Positions 61,122 through 64,000 of a stretch of 64,000 nucleotides of DNA are shown here, one piece after another. The notes beneath the pieces are model-generated. The model made no database searches. It was not told the origin of the DNA and saw only the letters and a list, made by a program, of their open reading frames with translations. Position 1 is the first letter of the stretch. The number at the start of each line of letters is the position of its first letter. The stretch is taken from contig JBPCLP010000039.1 in assembly GCA_051003195.1 (NCBI GenBank), forward strand, positions 32,001 through 96,000, written 5' to 3'. Source of the stretch: Candidatus Sumerlaeaceae bacterium (lineage in GTDB: Bacteria > Sumerlaeota > Sumerlaeia > Sumerlaeales > Sumerlaeaceae). The position numbers were made by a program, and so were the translations under genes.

Positions 61122-61952
61122 TTAGCTCGCCTTGTAAAAGGCCGGACATTGCCCTGCTATAGCAAGCATTTGCGGACTCTCCAGAAAAAGGAAACTGATG
61201 TCCTGAGTCCAGTCTTTAACTGCTTCGCTACTGGCTCCCAGCAATTGAGTGACTTCAGTCTTTCGCGCTGAACCTGGCACTGGATTACATAATAATCCCA
61301 CTGCGAGCTTCGGTTTGGAATCATCGACTTTCATTTCCAATAGATAAGCGGACATAATTTCCGGACAACTACGACAAGATTCCCGAAGTACCTGCTCCAG
61401 GTATTGCGGGGCGCTGTCTGCTGGACGTATTCCTATTCTCGCTCCCTTCTTCAACGGGGACGTTGAAATCTTATCGGTCCTAAATTCCGGAACGACGCCA
61501 CGCGCAAGAGTCTCTAACTCCGGTCTCGAGACCCAGAGCGCTTCAGGGTTGGAGGGGTTGATCGACAACCCGCACAGTTTGCTATTAGCGGTTATTATAT
61601 CGAGCAGAGCCTTGGACGGGAGGGCGATGTAATGCTGTGAGTTTGGATCCCACTTTAGCATTACGTCCATATCTGTAAACGCTACGGCATAGGGCACACC
61701 ATCCTCGTTATGTGCTCCAATGAACGGTAGTTCTAAATTACTGTCCGTCACAAATGAGCGTTCGCCCGACGTTTGCACAAAACCCGGCGCTTCAGAAAGT
61801 GCAACAATCGGGGTGGCCTTTAAAAATGCCTCGTAGAAACGCTTTCGAACAGGGGGAGTTGGAGTTTTGCAAAAAGCTAAAAGGCACTTTAACAGGTCAG
61901 GATTAGTTGTTCTCGATTCTTTCTTTCTAAAAAACTTCTGGAGAATTCCCAT
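61122..61952 (-). CDS. SseB-family protein (SseB N + SseB_C-like domains)
   Basis: F...FL.A...V, VAFTD....KW, GLSINP, then PEIMSAYL..M C-domain; visibly AT-richer than flanks. Confidence 0.7.
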   Translation of the reverse strand: MGILQKFFRKKESRTTNPDLLKCLLAFCKTPTPPVRKRFYEAFLKATPIVALSEAPGFVQTSGERSFVTDSNLELPFIGAHNEDGVPYAVAFTDMDVMLKWDPNSQHYIALPSKALLDIITANSKLCGLSINPSNPEALWVSRPELETLARGVVPEFRTDKISTSPLKKGARIGIRPADSAPQYLEQVLRESCRSCPEIMSAYLLEMKVDDSKPKLAVGLLCNPVPGSARKTEVTQLLGASSEAVKDWTQDISFLFLESPQMLAIAGQCPAFYKAS

Positions 61953-62013
61953 CCTGTGTGAGGCTCCTGCATAGTTGTGTGATGCGAATTGAAGATAGGT
62001 GACTGCTAAAGAA

Positions 62014-62036
62014 AAGGCGGCTGGGAAGGCCGCCTT
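62014..62036 (-). terminator. Intrinsic terminator of aldehyde dehydrogenase gene
   Basis: AAGGCGGC..GCCGCCTT stem followed on minus strand by TTCTTT. Confidence 0.7.
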
Positions 62037-62063
62037 GTCAATTCGATGTAAGAGCCCGTGGAA

Positions 62064-63545
62064 CTACAGCCCCACGCAAACCGCCTTGGTTTCCGTATAC
62101 AGCTCCAGTACGTCATGGCCCATTTCGCGGCCCCAACCAGATTGCTTGTAGCCGCCAAATGGCAGCGCGGCATCGAACACGTTATAGCAGTTCACCCACA
62201 CCGTACCAGCGCGCAGTTTCGCCGCCAGCTTGTGCGCCTTCGAAATATCGCGAGTCCAGATCGCTCCAGCCAGGCCATACACTGTGTCGTTGGCCTGCTG
62301 GATAATCTCACTTGGATCGGAAAACGGAGTCGCTGTAACAACAGGTCCGAATATCTCCTCGCGGCACACCTGCATGTCGGGCTTTGTGTTCACGAACACC
62401 GTTGGCTGAACAAAATAGCCGCGGTCCCCGTGCCGCTTGCCGCCCACCAGCGCCTTCGCACCTTCGCGCGAGCCGCTTTCCAGGTATCCGCTCACGCGTT
62501 CAAACTGCTCCTGGCTCACCAGCGGACCCATCTCGGTGTCGGGATCCATTCCGCGACCCAGCTTGATTTTCTTCGCGTGCTCCGCCACGCCCTCTACTAC
62601 CTTGTCGAACGACTTCTTCTCAACAAACAGCCGCGACCCCGCGCAGCAGCACTGGCCATGATTAAAGAAAATGGCGTTCGCCGCCCCCGGAATCGCTGTC
62701 TCGAGATCGGCGTCGCCCAGGATAATATTCGGGGACTTGCCACCCAGTTCCAGCGAGACTTTCTTCAGGTTCCCCGCTGCCGCTTTCACAATCAGTTTGC
62801 CGACTTCCGTCGACCCCGTGAACGCACATTTGTCCACATCCGGATGCGCCGCCAGTGCCGCGCCTGCTGTCTCACCGAAGCCGGTCACAATATTTACCAC
62901 GCCGGGTGGAATCCCTGCCTCCTCCAGAAGCTCGCCCAGCAGCAGTGCACTCAGTGATGTCTGCTCGGCCGGCTTCAGCACCACCGTGCAACCCGTTGCC
63001 AGGGCTGGACCCAGCTTCCACGCCGCCATCAGCAGAGGGAAGTTCCATGGTATAATCTGCCCGACAACACCCACCGGCTCGCGCAGCGTGTACGCCAGGT
63101 AATTGCCGCCGATCGGAATCGTATTGCCCTCCAGCTTTGTCGCCCAGCCGGCCATATAACGGAACAGATCAACCGCCAGGGGCACATCAGCCACCCTTGC
63201 AACTGCCAGTGGCTTCCCGTTATCCAGCGATTCAATCTGCGCGAACTCCTCCAGCCGTTCCTCCAGCAAATCTGCCAGTTTCCAGATCGCACGCCCACGC
63301 TGGCTCGGCGTCATTTCCGGCCAGGCGCCACTTTCGAACGCCTTCCTCGCCGCCTTTACCGCGCGGTCGATGTCTTCCTTGTCGCCCTCCGCGACTCGCG
63401 CCAGCACCTCGCCCGTGGACGGATCCGGCGTTTCGAAGCTCCTGCCCGACGCCGCCTCCACCCACTTGCCGTTGATCAGCATCGGCCGCGTCTTCTCGAT
63501 AAATTTGCTTACCTGCGGATGCAACTGCTCCATTGTAGCGCTCAC
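62064..63545 (-). CDS. NAD(P)-dependent aldehyde dehydrogenase
   Basis: IIPWNFP, KPAEQT, FTGSTEVG, LELGGKSP, FNHGQCCCAGSR, EEIFGPV, PFGGYKQSGWGRE. Confidence 0.96.
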   Translation of the reverse strand: MSATMEQLHPQVSKFIEKTRPMLINGKWVEAASGRSFETPDPSTGEVLARVAEGDKEDIDRAVKAARKAFESGAWPEMTPSQRGRAIWKLADLLEERLEEFAQIESLDNGKPLAVARVADVPLAVDLFRYMAGWATKLEGNTIPIGGNYLAYTLREPVGVVGQIIPWNFPLLMAAWKLGPALATGCTVVLKPAEQTSLSALLLGELLEEAGIPPGVVNIVTGFGETAGAALAAHPDVDKCAFTGSTEVGKLIVKAAAGNLKKVSLELGGKSPNIILGDADLETAIPGAANAIFFNHGQCCCAGSRLFVEKKSFDKVVEGVAEHAKKIKLGRGMDPDTEMGPLVSQEQFERVSGYLESGSREGAKALVGGKRHGDRGYFVQPTVFVNTKPDMQVCREEIFGPVVTATPFSDPSEIIQQANDTVYGLAGAIWTRDISKAHKLAAKLRAGTVWVNCYNVFDAALPFGGYKQSGWGREMGHDVLELYTETKAVCVGL

Positions 63546-63687
63546 GTCATACCTCCGAAAACCCGAAGAATTACTTCCTTAAAGAACCCCCGCTATCCAC
63601 ATTGAAAGCAATTTTTGCGCACGCTGGTAGAACGCCTGGCGAAAACCAATTGCAGCCGCGCAGCTCGCCGGCAGAAAAACAGCCATT

Positions 63688-64000
63688 ATGAGTGGCCAAC
63701 CTGCAAACGACGTGACCGATTGGCTGGCCGGCGTCGATATTTACCTCATCGACCAGCTTCTAAAAGGCCGCTTCCGCTACGGAGCGACCATTCTGGAAGC
63801 CGGTTGCGGCGGCGGTCGCAACCTGACATGGTTCCTGCGCAGCGGATTCGCGGTGCACGCGATCGACACATCCGCCGATGCGGTCGCGCAGCTACGCGGC
63901 GTCGCCACCCATCTCGCGCCGCATCTGCCGGCAGATAATTTCCGGGTCGAAGCGGCCGAGCAAATGTCTTTTGCCGACAGCTCATTTGATGTCGTGCTCT
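63688..64000 (+). CDS. Class I SAM-dependent methyltransferase, partial (runs off window end)
   Basis: Manual read: MSGQP...VDIYLIDQLLKGR...ILEAGCGGGRNL...VHAID...FADSSFDVV. Confidence 0.88.
   Translation, partial: MSGQPANDVTDWLAGVDIYLIDQLLKGRFRYGATILEAGCGGGRNLTWFLRSGFAVHAIDTSADAVAQLRGVATHLAPHLPADNFRVEAAEQMSFADSSFDVVL

Noticed and set aside
62058..62957. 299-aa plus-strand ORF
   Set aside because: Typical antisense ORF of an aldehyde dehydrogenase gene

Overview
Gene-dense, GC-rich bacterial chromosomal window with about 50 CDS; I found no rRNA, tRNA, CRISPR array, integrase or transposase. The pilin-like protein (IAVPNFLEAQVRAKVSR...YDSTNGTVSQGD) and a secreted protein ending ...AAEDWALFR resemble proteins I associate with Ca. 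Sumerlaeota (BRC1); this lineage assignment is inference only. Content: many secreted/envelope proteins (SLT-like, parvulin PPIase, TPR, BNR+DUF11, FG-GAP+Fn3, beta-propellers, LVIVD), carbohydrate enzymes (GH172/DUF2961, DUF4091-like, TreZ, GT2), housekeeping/metabolic genes (ldhA, csp, bshC, NUDIX, dCMP deaminase, ltaE, ilvC, aldehyde dehydrogenase), a Ser/Thr kinase, an MglA-type GTPase with an extra C-terminal domain, an RHH/MazF toxin-antitoxin pair and a fused EutB-EutC gene. The most interesting signals are non-coding: (1) a candidate ~270-nt structured sRNA at 47820-48091 with nine AGCA motifs inside long-range stems and its own terminator (sponge-like RNA); (2) a ~1.05-kb sseB-like islet bounded by a duplicate of the aldehyde dehydrogenase 3' end; (3) two dispersed repeat families (127-bp REP/MITE-like and 47-bp) and heptamer/nonamer repeat fields around 36967-39645.
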